A DNA stretch of 64,000 bases from an uncultured Chloroflexia bacterium. Its GTDB lineage: Bacteria > Chloroflexota > Anaerolineae > CG2-30-64-16. The notes below the pieces were generated by a model. That model saw nothing but the letters and a program-made list of their open reading frames with translations, did no database searches and was not told where the DNA came from. Both the position numbers and the translations under genes were made by a program. Numbering within the stretch: position 1 is the first letter of the stretch; each line of letters begins with the position of its first letter. Below, piece by piece: positions 1-10,915 of this stretch. Location of the stretch: assembly GCA_963774265.1 (NCBI GenBank), contig CAVZDU010000002.1:845552-909551 (forward strand), in the 5' to 3' direction.

Positions 1-2503
1 CGGTCGCCTGGCTGTCGCTGGACGAAGGGGATAACGACCCCGCACGCTTTCTGACTTACCTCGTCGCGGCTTTGCAGACCATCTTTGCCGGTATCGGAGC
101 AGGGGTGTTGGCTGCGCTCGCAATCCCCCCAGCCGCCGCCAACCGAATCGATTCTGACAACCCTGCTCAATGAAATCACCACCATCCCGGACAATTTCAT
201 CCTCGTCCTTGACGACTACCACGCTGATTGATGCCAAACCTGGTCGACGCAGGCCCTCACCTTTCTGCTCGAGCACCTGCCGCCGCAGATGCACCTGGTC
301 ATCGCCACCCGTGAGGATCCGCATCTACCCCTGGCCCGGTTGCGCGCCCGGGGCCAATTGACCGAGCTGCGCGCCGCCGACTTGCGTTTTACCCCCGCCG
401 AAGCCGCCGAGTTTCTCAACCAGGTGATGGGGCTGAACCTCTCGGCGGAAGACATCGCCGCACTGGAAACCCGCACCGAAGGCTGGATTGCCGGCCTGCA
501 ATTGGCCGCGCTTTCAATGCAGGGACATCAAGACACCACCAGCTTCATCAAGTCTTTCACCGGCAGCCACCATTTCGTGCTGGACTATCTGGTTGAAGAA
601 GTCCTGGGACAGCAGTCCGAAAGCGTCCAGACTTTCTTGCTGCGCACGTCCATCCTCGACCGCCTGTGCGGCCCTCTGTGTGATGCCGTTCTGCTCGGAT
701 GCCGGCGGGCATCCGCGATGTCCGGGCAGGAAACCCTGGAATATCTCGAACATGCCAACCTGTTCATCGTCCCCCTGGACAACGAGCGGCGTTGGTACCG
801 CTATCACCATCTCTTTGCCGAATTGCTGCGGCAGCGACTGCACCAGAGCGCCGCCTCGCCTACCGGGAGTGACAAGGGGAGCGTGGTCGATCTACACACA
901 CGTGCCAGCCAATGGTATGAAGACAATGGCCTGGAGATTGAAGCTTTTCACCATGCGGCTGCCGCCAATGACATTGAGCGCGCCGAGCGGCTGATTGAGG
1001 GAGGGGGGATGCCCCTGCACTCACTCGGCGCGGTGACCGCCATACTCGACTGGCTGGATTCGCTGCCAAGGCCGTACTGGATGCCAGGCCCCGGTTGTGG
1101 GTGAGGTCGGCCACGTCGGCGCTGATGGCTGGACGGACAACCGGCGTCGAAGAGAAACTGCAAGCGGCCGAAAGCAGCCACTGCAAGATGCCGATCCTGA
1201 TGACAAGACCCGCGACCTGATCGGGCAAATTGCCGCCATCAGAGCCACGTTGGCGCTCCTCCGCTACCAGCCGGAGGCCACGATCATCCAGGCGCGCCGC
1301 GCCCTGGAGTACCTGCACCCCGACAACCTGCCTTTCCGCAGCACGAGCTATCTGGACGCTGGGGTTTGCTTACCAGCTCCAGGGGGACCGTGCCGCGGCC
1401 CGTCAGGTCTATACCGAAGCCATAGCTATCAGCCAGGCGTCCGGGAATATCGTACTACACTATATTGGCTACAACCAGCCTGGGCAAGATACAGGAATCT
1501 GAAAACCAGCTTTATCAGGCGGCCGAGACCTACCGGCGCTCCTGCAACTGCTTAGCGATCAGGGACCTCCGAATGCCAGCGAAGCGTATCTTGGCCTGGC
1601 CCGCATATTCTACGAATGGAACGATCTGGATGCCGCTGAGCAGCACGGACAACAGAGCCTGCAACTGGCGCGGCAGTATGACCGCGTGATTGACCGATTC
1701 ATTATCTGCGAGGTGTTCCTGGCCCGCCTGAAACTGGCCCGGGGCGATGTGGCCGGCGCGGCCGCCATGTTGGCGGAGACCGAGCAGTCCGTGCGCCAGC
1801 ATAACTTCGTGCAGCGCATGCCCGAGGTTGCTGCCGCGCAAGTGCTTGCGCTGCTTCGCCAGGGCGATCTGGCGGCAGCCGCTGCATCTGGCCCAGACGC
1901 ACGATCTCCCCATCAGCCAGGCCCGGGTACACCTGGCCCAGGGAGACCCGTCCGCAGCGCTGGCGGTGCTGGAGCCATTGCGTCAGCAGATGGAAGCCAA
2001 GGGTTGGCAGGATGAACGGCTCAAGGTGATGGTTCTGCAGGCGGTCGCGCTGCATGCGCATGGCGAAAAGGACAAGGCTGTGCAACTGCTGGGTGAGGCG
2101 CTGGCGCTGGCCGAGCCGGGCGGCTTCATCCGTCTCTTTGTGGACGAAGGCGAGCCGATGCGATGTGCTGATCTTCGATTGTCGATTGAAAAGCAGCGCG
2201 CGTGCCGGATCATGCCAGAGCGGTTACGCGGATAAACTCCTGGCTGCTTTTGCACAACCGGCGGCCATGCCACAATCGAAAATCGAACAATCCAGCAATC
2301 CACACATGCTTGAGCCACTGAGCCAACGCGAGTTGGAAGTGCTGAAGCTGATCGCCCAGGGACTCTCGAACCGTGAGATCGGCGAGCGGCTTTTCCTCGC
2401 CCTGGACACGGTCAAAGGGCACAACCGCAGAATCTTCGACAAACTGCAGGTTCAAAGCCGCACCGAAGCCATCGCCCGCGCCCGCGAGCTGGGCTTGCTG
2501 TAA
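1..2503 (+). CDS. MalT-like LAL regulator 1 (STAND ATPase-TPR-LuxR HTH), 5'-truncated by window edge, several frameshifts
   Basis: Fragments 289-1104 ([28 protein letters not shown]), 1747-2235 and 2054-2503 (LSQRELEVLKLIAQGLSNREIGERLFLALDTVKGHNRRIFDKL) are colinear with the intact paralog 3939-6680. Confidence 0.9.
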
Positions 2504-2540
2504 CAGCAAGCGCCGTATTCCTCACTATTCTCCCCTTCAA

Positions 2541-2627
2541 TCAATTCAAAACAACACCTCCCACCAACACCAAAGTGTCTATACGACTAACACCGTGTTG
2601 CCGATATACTACTTGTGCATTGAGCAA
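2541..2627 (+). promoter_or_regulatory. AACACC-type operator/promoter, copy 1
   Basis: CAACACCTCCCACCAACACCAAAGTGTCTATACGACTAACACC...TATACT; near-identical copies at 6729 and 18304; -10-like TATACT at 2605-2610. Confidence 0.75.
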
Positions 2628-2672
2628 GTGGCACAGACCGGCTGTATGACCGGCCACAACAGGTACAAGGTG

Positions 2673-2987
2673 ATGTCAAACAAACTCGACCCAACAACTG
2701 ATCCAAGTCAACCCGTGGTCTATCAGATCAGGCTCAAGGGCCATCTGGGCCGTCAGTGGACAGACTGGTTTGGCGGCCTGACCATCACGCTGGAAGAGGA
2801 CGGCGATACGCTCCTAACCGGCCCGGTGGTCGACCAGGCCGCGTTGCATGGATTGCTCAAAAAAGTGCGTGATCTGGGTATGCCATTGGTCTCGGTCACT
2901 CCTGTCGAACCCGGCCCTCCGACGACGCTCCCCCTTCGGGGACTTCGCGGGACAGGCCAGGCAGATGCGTCAGATGTCAAGTCGTAA
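2673..2987 (+). CDS. Small conserved hypothetical protein (YQIRLKGHL..WTDWF..GPVVDQAALHGLLKKVRDLG), LAL-associated
   Basis: Homologous to 59402-59653 and more distantly to 49962-49714; ATG follows an AAGGTG purine-rich stretch. Confidence 0.8.
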   Translation: MSNKLDPTTDPSQPVVYQIRLKGHLGRQWTDWFGGLTITLEEDGDTLLTGPVVDQAALHGLLKKVRDLGMPLVSVTPVEPGPPTTLPLRGLRGTGQADASDVKS

Positions 2988-3040
2988 ATTGGCGTGAGCG
3001 TCTTGTTTACGCCAAAATCAATCACAACAAGGAGAGAAAA

Positions 3041-3703
3041 ATGAAAAAAGTTAAACAATTCGGAGAAACCGTGGAAGGATATAACATCCCTGTCTTAAAC
3101 GAGCGGGAAATAAGAGCATCGGCAGGGATACTGTTTATATCTATGTTCTTTTCCTGGATGCTGGTCATATTTAAAGAGAGTTTTTTCCTGATCAAGTTTG
3201 TTAACACAATCTTCCTGACAGATTTGATCATACGGGTATTGATCAATCCCAAGTATTCACCTTCATTAATAATCGGGAGGTTGATCGTAGGCGGTCAAAC
3301 CCCCGAATATGTCGGCGCGGCTCAAAAAAAGTTTGCCTGGACGATCGGTCTGGTGTTAGCTACGATCATATTCCTGCTGTTGGTTGTAATGAATTCAACT
3401 AGCTTCATTACCGGGATTGTCTGTCAAATCTGCCTGTTATTCTTATTCTTTGAAGCTGTGTTCGGCATTTGTTTGGGATGCAAGTTCTATCCAATGTTCC
3501 ATAAAGAAAAAACTCAATACTGCCCCGGTGAAATTTGTGATGTCAAGGTAAAACAGGAGATCCAGAAAACGTCGTTACTGCAAAAAGGCGTTGTGATTGG
3601 GTCTTTCGCTTATGTGATAGCAGCAGCGATCTTGCTTAACAATAATTTTAGTGCAAAACCGACTGACTTATGGGTCATCGTGAAATCTGTTCTATCGCTC
3701 TAA
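3041..3703 (+). CDS. DUF4395-like membrane protein
   Basis: LNEREIRASAG N-terminus, several TM segments, FEAVFGICLGC and CPGEIC Cys motifs; AGGAG RBS; lower GC than flanks. Confidence 0.75.
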   Translation: MKKVKQFGETVEGYNIPVLNEREIRASAGILFISMFFSWMLVIFKESFFLIKFVNTIFLTDLIIRVLINPKYSPSLIIGRLIVGGQTPEYVGAAQKKFAWTIGLVLATIIFLLLVVMNSTSFITGIVCQICLLFLFFEAVFGICLGCKFYPMFHKEKTQYCPGEICDVKVKQEIQKTSLLQKGVVIGSFAYVIAAAILLNNNFSAKPTDLWVIVKSVLSL

Positions 3704-3904
3704 GGATTGGTGCTGATAAAAATAGTTGCGACAACCGTCCATGTTCATGCTGGGCGTTGCGATTGCGGGAGTATCTTCAGCAGTCCGACAGCTAGTGGGA
3801 ATGCGAAAGACACCTGCCATCGACCCGGCAGATCCAGCCCCAAAGCCCATATGATAGTTGCGGGGCGCATACGCTAGGAGATTGTGGCTGGGTTGGGACG
3901 CTGT

Positions 3905-3938
3905 TTGAATTTCGGGGGGCGTGGTATATGATTGATTC
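3905..3938 (+). promoter_or_regulatory. Putative leaderless promoter of LAL2
   Basis: TTGAAT-16 bp-TATGAT, then 6 bp, then ATG; no SD sequence. Confidence 0.55.
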
Positions 3939-6680
3939 ATGTCCACGCCCATCCTGGCCACCAAACTTTATGTTCCCCTTCTTCGGCCTAAAGTCGTCCT
4001 CCGCCCCCGCCTGATCGAGCGGCTGAACGAGGGTCTGCGCCAAAGCCACGGCTTTGGACGCAAACTGACCCTCATCTCTGCCTCCGCCGGCTTCGGTAAA
4101 ACCACGCTGGTCAGCGAATGGGTCGCCGGCTGCGAGCGCGGCGAACCGAAGGTCCGCGTTGCCTGGCTGTCGCTGGATGAAGGGGACAACGATCCCGCAC
4201 GCTTTCTGACTTACCTCGTCGCGGCGGTGCAGACAGTCGCGCCCCGAGGGTCCGCTGTCGACGAGATCGGAGCAGGGGTGCTGGCTGCGCTGCAATCCCC
4301 CCAGCCGCCACCAACCGAATCGCTTCTGACGACCCTGCTCAATGAAATTGCGGCCATCCCGGAGAATTTCATCCTCGTCCTGGACGACTACCACGTCATC
4401 GATGCCCGACCGGTTGCCGCGTCGACCTCCGTCGACGCGGCCCTCACCTTTCTGGTGGAACATTTACCACCGCAGATGCACCTGGTCATTGCCACGCGTG
4501 AGGATCCCCATCTCCCCCTGGCCCGGTACCGCGCCCGGGGCCAATTGACCGAGCTGCGCGCCGCCGATTTGCGTTTCACCCCCGCCGAAGCCGCCGAATT
4601 TCTCAACCAGGCCATGGGTCTGCACTTGTCGGTCGAAAACATCGCGGCCCTGGAAACCCGCACCGAAGGCTGGATTGCCGGCCTGCAATTGGCCGCACTT
4701 TCAATGCGGGGACATCAAGACACCGCCGGCTTCATCAAGTCTTTCACCGGCAGCCACCATTTCGTGCTGGACTACCTGGTTGAAGAAGTCCTGGGGCAGC
4801 AATCCGAAAGCGTCCAGGCTTTCTTGCTGCGCACATCCATCCTGGACCGCATGTGCGGCCCGCTGTGTGACGCGGTTTCGCAGGGCGACCAGGGTCCCAC
4901 GCCTGCTGCTTCCGGTCAGGAAACCCTGGAATACCTCGAACACGCCAACCTGTTTGTCGTCCCCCTGGACAACGAGCGGCGCTGGTACCGCTATCACCAT
5001 CTCTTTGCAGAATTGCTGCGGCAGCGGCTGCAGCAGAGCCTCGCTTCATCAGGGGATGAAGGGCGGAGCGGGGCCGAGTTACACAGCTTGGCCAGCCAAT
5101 GGTACGAAAACCATGGCCTGGTGATCGAAGCCTTCCGTCATGCGGCTGCCGCCCATGACATTGAACGCGCCGAGCGGCTGATTGGGGGAGGAGGGATACC
5201 CCTGCATTCACTTTTCGCGGCGACCGCCATGCTCGACTGGCTGGATTCGCTGCCGAAGACTGTATTGGATGCCAGACCCTGGTTGTGGGTAAGTTCTGCC
5301 ACATCGGCGCTACTGGCTGGACAGACAACTGGTGTCGAAGAAAAACTACAAGCAGCTGAAAAAGCCATACAAAATGCCGATCTTGATGATAAGACCCGCG
5401 ACCTGATTGGACAAATTGCCGCTGTGAGAGCCATATTGGCGCACCTCCAATACCAGCCAGAAGCCACGATCACCCAGGCGCGCCGCGCCCTGGAGTACCT
5501 GCACCCCGATAACCCGCCTTTCCGTAGTAGAGCTTTCCGGGCGCTGGGGTTTGCTTACCAGCTCCAGGGGGACCGTGCCGCGGCCCGTCAGGCCTTTACC
5601 GAAGCCATATCTATCAGACAAGCGTCCGGGGATATCTACCTAACTGTATCAGCTGCAACCGGCTTGGGCAACGTACAGGAATCTGAAAACCAGCTTTATC
5701 AGGCGGTCGAAACCTACCAACGCTCCCTGCAACTGCTTAGTGATCAGTCATCTTCGAACGCTGATCAAGAGTTTATTGGCTTGGCTCGCATATTCTATGA
5801 ATGGAACGATCTGGATGCCGCTGAGCAGTACGGGCAGCAGAGCCTTCAACTAGCGCGGCAGTATGATCGCGCGGTTGATAGATTCGTTATCTGCGAGGTG
5901 TTTCTTGCCCGCTTGAAACTGGCCCGGGGTGATGTAGCCAGCGCAGCTGCAATGTTGGCTGAAACCAGCCGTTCCGTGCAACAGCATAACTACGAGCATC
6001 GTATACCCGATGTAGCTGCTCAACAAGTGATAGTGTTGCTTCATCAGGGTGATCTGGCGGCAGCTGCACAATTGGCTCAAGCACACGAACTGCCCCTGAG
6101 CCAGGCCAGGGTACACCTGGCCCAGGGAGACCCATCCGCAGCGCTGGCGGTGTTGGGGCCGTATCGCCAGCAGGCGGAAGCCAGGAATTGGCAGGATGAA
6201 CGGCTCAAGGTGATGGTCCTCCAGGCGGTCGCGCTCCAGGCGCATGGCGAAGTGGACAGAGCCGTGCAGCTTCTGGGCGAGGCGCTGGCACTGGCCGAGC
6301 CGGGCGGCTTCATCCGGACCTTTGTGGACGAAGGCGAGCCGGTGGCCCGGCTATTGTCCGGGGCGGCTGCCCGTGGGATGATGCCGGACTATACCGCTAA
6401 GCTGCTGGCTGCATTTCAGGATGTGACGCATGACGAAGGACAGACGCCACAACTTGCGCCTTCCGTCCTTCGTCCTTCGTCATTGGGCGAGCCATTGAGC
6501 CAACGCGAGTTGGAAATCCTGAAGCTGATCATCCAGGGACTCTCGAACCGTGAGATCGGCGAGCGGCTCTTCCTCGCCCTGGACACGGTCAAAGGGCACA
6601 ACCGCAGGATCTTCGACAAACTCCAGGTGCAAAGCCGCACCGAAGCCATCGCCCGCGCCCGCGAGCTGGGCTTGTTGTAA
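3939..6680 (+). CDS. MalT-like LAL regulator 2 (intact, 913 aa)
   Basis: ILATKLYVP start, Walker A ASAGFGKTT, Walker B LVLDDYH, TPR-like region, C-terminal LuxR HTH. Confidence 0.95.
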   Translation: MSTPILATKLYVPLLRPKVVLRPRLIERLNEGLRQSHGFGRKLTLISASAGFGKTTLVSEWVAGCERGEPKVRVAWLSLDEGDNDPARFLTYLVAAVQTVAPRGSAVDEIGAGVLAALQSPQPPPTESLLTTLLNEIAAIPENFILVLDDYHVIDARPVAASTSVDAALTFLVEHLPPQMHLVIATREDPHLPLARYRARGQLTELRAADLRFTPAEAAEFLNQAMGLHLSVENIAALETRTEGWIAGLQLAALSMRGHQDTAGFIKSFTGSHHFVLDYLVEEVLGQQSESVQAFLLRTSILDRMCGPLCDAVSQGDQGPTPAASGQETLEYLEHANLFVVPLDNERRWYRYHHLFAELLRQRLQQSLASSGDEGRSGAELHSLASQWYENHGLVIEAFRHAAAAHDIERAERLIGGGGIPLHSLFAATAMLDWLDSLPKTVLDARPWLWVSSATSALLAGQTTGVEEKLQAAEKAIQNADLDDKTRDLIGQIAAVRAILAHLQYQPEATITQARRALEYLHPDNPPFRSRAFRALGFAYQLQGDRAAARQAFTEAISIRQASGDIYLTVSAATGLGNVQESENQLYQAVETYQRSLQLLSDQSSSNADQEFIGLARIFYEWNDLDAAEQYGQQSLQLARQYDRAVDRFVICEVFLARLKLARGDVASAAAMLAETSRSVQQHNYEHRIPDVAAQQVIVLLHQGDLAAAAQLAQAHELPLSQARVHLAQGDPSAALAVLGPYRQQAEARNWQDERLKVMVLQAVALQAHGEVDRAVQLLGEALALAEPGGFIRTFVDEGEPVARLLSGAAARGMMPDYTAKLLAAFQDVTHDEGQTPQLAPSVLRPSSLGEPLSQRELEILKLIIQGLSNREIGERLFLALDTVKGHNRRIFDKLQVQSRTEAIARARELGLL

Positions 6681-6728
6681 CAGCAGGGTCCGTATTCCTC
6701 AACACTCTCCTCCTTCAGTGATCCAAAG

Positions 6729-6790
6729 CAACACCTCCAACCAACACCAAAGTGTCTATACACTAACACCGCATTGCGGATATTCTACTT
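6729..6790 (+). promoter_or_regulatory. AACACC-type operator/promoter, copy 2
   Basis: AACACC at 6730, 6743 and 6765; ACAC-CAAA-GTGT palindrome; -10-like TATTCT at 6781-6786. Confidence 0.75.
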
Positions 6791-6858
6791 ATGCCGACAT
6801 CTTCATCCTGGGTGTGCTCTACACGGCTGTCAATATAAGGTGAATTTGGAGGAAACTC

Positions 6859-7842
6859 ATGAAAGCGATTATCTGCACAAAATACGGCCCCCCTGATGTA
6901 CTTCAGCTCCAAGAGGTGGAAAAACCTACGCCCAAGGAGGATGAAGTACTGGTAAAGGTTCATGCTGCATCCGTAAATGCGTATGACTGGCATCTACTGA
7001 CCGCTGACATGTTCCTGGTTCGCCTCATGGGCGGGGGGCTGCTTAGACCCAAAAAGGCGATACCGGGCGTGGACATCGCCGGGCGGATTGAAGCGGCTGG
7101 AAGTAACGTCAAGCAGTTTCGGCCAGGTGATGAAGTGTTCGGGGATATCTCCGCATGTGGTAATGGCGGTTTTGCCGAGTATGTATCTGTTCCTGAGAAT
7201 GCACTGGCGCTGAAACCGGCTACTCTATCGTTCGAGGAAGCCGCGGCTGTACCCATGGCGGCCGTCACTGCCCTGCAGGGTCTGCGCGATGAAGGGCGGA
7301 TTCAGGCGGGGCAGAAGGTATTGATCAACGGGGCGTCTGGCGGGGTGGGGACGTTTGCGGTGCAGATCGCCAAAGCGTTCGGCGCTGAAGTCACAGCCGT
7401 GTGCAGTACACGGAACTTGGACATGGCGCGCACGCTTGGGGCAGACCGGGTCATTGACTACACCAAAGAAGATTTTACCCGCAATGGGCAGACATATGAC
7501 CTGATTCTTGCCGCTAACGGATATCATCCGCTTTCAGCGTACAAGCGTGCCTTAACTCCCCAGGGCATTTACGTTATGGTTGGAGGCAAGCCAGGGCAGA
7601 TTTTCCAGGCCATGCTCCTGGGAAGTTGGATGTCGGAAAACGGGGGTAAGAAGCTGGGAGGCTTCACGGCGAAAGCGAACCAGAAAGATTTGGTTATGCT
7701 CAAAGAGCTTGTGGAAGCGGGCAAGGTCGTACCGGTTATTGATAAACGCTACTCGCTAAGTGAGGCTGCTGAAGCTCTCCGGTATCTTGGAGCAGGACAT
7801 GCCCGTGGAAAAGTTGTCATCACTGTGGAACACAGCAACTAA
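6859..7842 (+). CDS. NAD(P)-dependent alcohol dehydrogenase / quinone oxidoreductase (MDR family)
   Basis: MKAIICTKYGPPDVLQL, GVDIAG, NGASGGVG Rossmann motif, GHARGKVVI; GGAGG RBS. Confidence 0.9.
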   Translation: MKAIICTKYGPPDVLQLQEVEKPTPKEDEVLVKVHAASVNAYDWHLLTADMFLVRLMGGGLLRPKKAIPGVDIAGRIEAAGSNVKQFRPGDEVFGDISACGNGGFAEYVSVPENALALKPATLSFEEAAAVPMAAVTALQGLRDEGRIQAGQKVLINGASGGVGTFAVQIAKAFGAEVTAVCSTRNLDMARTLGADRVIDYTKEDFTRNGQTYDLILAANGYHPLSAYKRALTPQGIYVMVGGKPGQIFQAMLLGSWMSENGGKKLGGFTAKANQKDLVMLKELVEAGKVVPVIDKRYSLSEAAEALRYLGAGHARGKVVITVEHSN

Positions 7843-7903
7843 ACCCGCCAAAGCGCCGCATCCGGTAAGTTGCGCGGCCATGCTGGCTTGGAAAGCGCCG
7901 ACT

Positions 7904-9031
7904 ATGAATTCGAATCAATCCTTCGCACCAAAAGCAGGGCATATTATGTTGATCATATTTTCTATCTTGTTGGCTTGCCTACTCATTCTTGTGGGCGGGC
8001 TGCAGCTATGGAGTCCAGGAAAACCAACGCCCTTCGTGGATGAAAACGGAAAGCCGCTGGCGGGCAGCGTTTCGGAGAAAGTATTTGTCAACATCAACGG
8101 TGTGGAGCAGGGGATGTTTGTCACGAGCAAAGATGCAAGGCATCCAGTGCTGCTTTACCTTCATGGGGGTATACCTGATTACTTCCTTACACAAAGGTAT
8201 CCTACCGGTCTTGAAGACTTATTCACCGTCGTTTGGTGGGAACAGCGTGGTTCAGGACTCTCCTATAGTTCCGATATCCCACCAGAGACGATGACGCTGG
8301 AGCAAATGATATCTGACACGCTGGAGCTGACGAATTACTTGCGTCACCGCTTTGGTCAGGAAAAGATATACCTGATGGGACATTCGGGGGGAACCTTTAT
8401 TGGCATCCAGGCGGCTGCACGGGCACCGGAGTTGTACTATGCCTATATTGGCGTTGCTCAGATGTCGAATCAACTTAAATCTGAAAGACTGGCGTACGAG
8501 TATATGCTTCAGCAGTTCCAAGAGAACGGAAACTTAGAAATGGTGCGAAGACTTGAAGCAGCACCCGTAACGATGACGGGCGGCATACCAGATGCCTATC
8601 TTGCAGTGCGTGACGAAGCAATGCATAGCCTTGGTATCGGCACGACACATGACATGAATTCGGTCCTCAGCGGCATCTTTTTCCCTTCGCTAACATTCCG
8701 GGGGTACACACTATTGGAAAAGATCAATCTGTGGCGTGGCAAATCTCAAACCGGTGTTAGCTCTATGTGGGGTGAAATAATCGCCACGGATCTGACCATA
8801 ACTGTGCCAGAGCTTGAAATCCCCGTCTATTTCTTCGGCGGCATATACGATTACACTGTCTCCTACCCGGAGGCAAAATCCTATTTTGAGAAACTGAAGG
8901 CACCAGTAAAAGGGTTTTATACGTTTGAGCAGTCTGCTCACAGCCCCATATTTGAAGAGCCCGAAAAAACGCTGAAGATTTTGCAGGAGGACGTTCTGGC
9001 AGGGACGAATAGCCTTGCTGACGTAAAGTAA
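7904..9031 (+). CDS. Membrane-anchored alpha/beta hydrolase (proline iminopeptidase-like)
   Basis: N-terminal TM helix, YLHGG, nucleophile elbow GHSGG, SAHSP catalytic His; start codon uncertain. Confidence 0.85.
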   Translation: MNSNQSFAPKAGHIMLIIFSILLACLLILVGGLQLWSPGKPTPFVDENGKPLAGSVSEKVFVNINGVEQGMFVTSKDARHPVLLYLHGGIPDYFLTQRYPTGLEDLFTVVWWEQRGSGLSYSSDIPPETMTLEQMISDTLELTNYLRHRFGQEKIYLMGHSGGTFIGIQAAARAPELYYAYIGVAQMSNQLKSERLAYEYMLQQFQENGNLEMVRRLEAAPVTMTGGIPDAYLAVRDEAMHSLGIGTTHDMNSVLSGIFFPSLTFRGYTLLEKINLWRGKSQTGVSSMWGEIIATDLTITVPELEIPVYFFGGIYDYTVSYPEAKSYFEKLKAPVKGFYTFEQSAHSPIFEEPEKTLKILQEDVLAGTNSLADVK

Positions 9032-9120
9032 GTGGATTAGGATGATGTGAAAGCGCCTGCTGGATTGCGGCCACGGCTGGGTCGCCCTGAAAGCCAGGCA
9101 CAGCGCAGGCGCCGTGCCTA

Positions 9121-10292
9121 ATGTAACTCATGTAATGGCTGCAAGACTTCGCTCCAGTGGAGCGACCGTGCGGCCGATGCGACTGAGGACGGCCTCGGGT
9201 TGCTCGGCGACTTTGGCGAAAAATGATTGGCCGCAGCGATGGCGGCATCGAGTGAGCCGAAGAAGTGATCGTGCGTCACATCAGCCCGTAGCCAGCGCCA
9301 GATCTGCTCCTGCACATGGAGCTTGGGCGCATAGCTGGGTAACTGCACAAGCACGACCTGCGGGTGTTCTTTGAGCCAAGCCCGCGTGCTCTTGGATGTA
9401 TAGATGCTGGCGCCATCGACAATCAGAAAGATGAAATCCGCCTCGGGATAGGCGGAGACGATCTCATGATCGACGAACTGCTGGAAGTCGAGGCTGCGCT
9501 TATGGACGCACAACTGGAAGTGCGTTTGCCCACTGCGGCTGTTGACCGCCCCGAACATGATCTGCTTGCGGTTGTTGCCGGGCGTCTCGACCTCCCAGGG
9601 GACGCCTATCGGTGCCCAGACCCGGGTGCGGGTGGGATTGAGCGCTAATGCGGCCTGATGCACATCCGGTACGGCCACCATCGGTTCGTCGGTGTTGCGG
9701 ATCGCCTCCGCCTTCACCCTTTTGGGTCGCACTGCGGGTCGCGGCTATGCACGACCGGGATGGGCTGCTTCAGGTGGATGCCATGCTGATGCAGCAGCAC
9801 CCGGACCCGCTCGGCGCTCAAGTTGACGCCGGTCTGTTGGGCCAGGTAGCCGGCCAAGAGAGCGCAGGTCCACAGCACCTGTTCCAGCCCGTACCAGCGC
9901 AGATCGTGGCGCATGGTCTCGACCAGCAGCCATTCGTAGGACTCGTCCCAGGCGACGGGGCGCCCATCGCTCCATTGACTGGATAGGCCCGCCAGCCCGT
10001 GGCTTCAAAACGATCCAACCAGCGATGCACGGTCGATTGATCGACACCCAACAACGCGGCGATCTGGGTCACCCGCCAGCCGTCTGCCGACAGCAGGATG
10101 GCGTGACTGCGATGCCCTACCTCGACCGCCGGACTGGTCTTGTATAATTCAGTCAGCGCCGCCCGTTCCTGGGCGGTCAGTTCGCGAACTTAGCACAAAG
10201 GCACGATAGGCTCCGTAAAAGCAGTTTCGTTTGGGCTGTCTGTCCGGTCTAGCTGTTATCGCCTGCCCTTGCAAGCTTTCAATGCATTACAT
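9121..10292 (-). mobile_element. IS630-family element, copy A, degenerate transposase
   Basis: Ends ATGTAA.../...TTACAT flanked by TA in CTAG context; HTH fragment (STVHRWLDRF) and DDE fragments (IVDGASI, LPSYAPKL..EQIW) split by frameshifts and stops. Confidence 0.85.
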
Positions 10293-10454
10293 TAGCGTCA
10301 AATGAACGCGACTGTTCGTCAGCTGGCACTCCTGGGTTTGCGAACACGGCACCCCGGAGCAACAGAGGCGTGGATGCAGCGCTACCTGGCGGATCTCTTG
10401 CTCGGATCGGAATTACTGCCCGCGCCCACGGACCGCAGCCTCTAGAGGAACCCC

Positions 10455-10915
10455 ATGATACTCGAACCCATCGCCGTGACCTTACAAGTGATTGACGCGT
10501 TGAAGCAGGTGGGCGCGACCTGGGTCGTCGGCGGCTCGCTCGCCAGCACAATCCATGGTGTGGTGCGCACCACGTTGGATGTCGATATCGTCGCCGACCT
10601 GAGCTTCAACAGGCGCAGCCACTTGCTGATCTTCTGACGGGCAAGTTCTACCTCGACAACGGCGCCGTCCGCTAGGCGATCTGCCAACGCAGCAGCTGCA
10701 ATGTGATCCACCTGGATACTATGTTCAAGGTCGACATTGTTATATCCAAGGGCAGGCCCTTTGACCGGTAGCAGTTGGACCGGCGCCAGCCATAGATTGT
10801 AAATCGTAGATCCCACTCCCGGTCGCACAATCGATGTGGCTATCCCGGAAGACACCATCTTGACCGAGCTGGTGCGGCGCCGTCTGAGCGATGAGATATC
10901 CGATCTGCAGCTCTC
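10455..10915 (+). pseudogene. Degraded nucleotidyltransferase-fold gene
   Basis: VVGGSLAS..HG..RTTLDVDIV motif, followed by frameshifts and in-frame stops. Confidence 0.6.

Noticed and set aside
3939-6680. Assigning gene symbol malT and maltose regulation
   Set aside because: Same family architecture only; there are no maltose genes and the boxes differ from MalT boxes.
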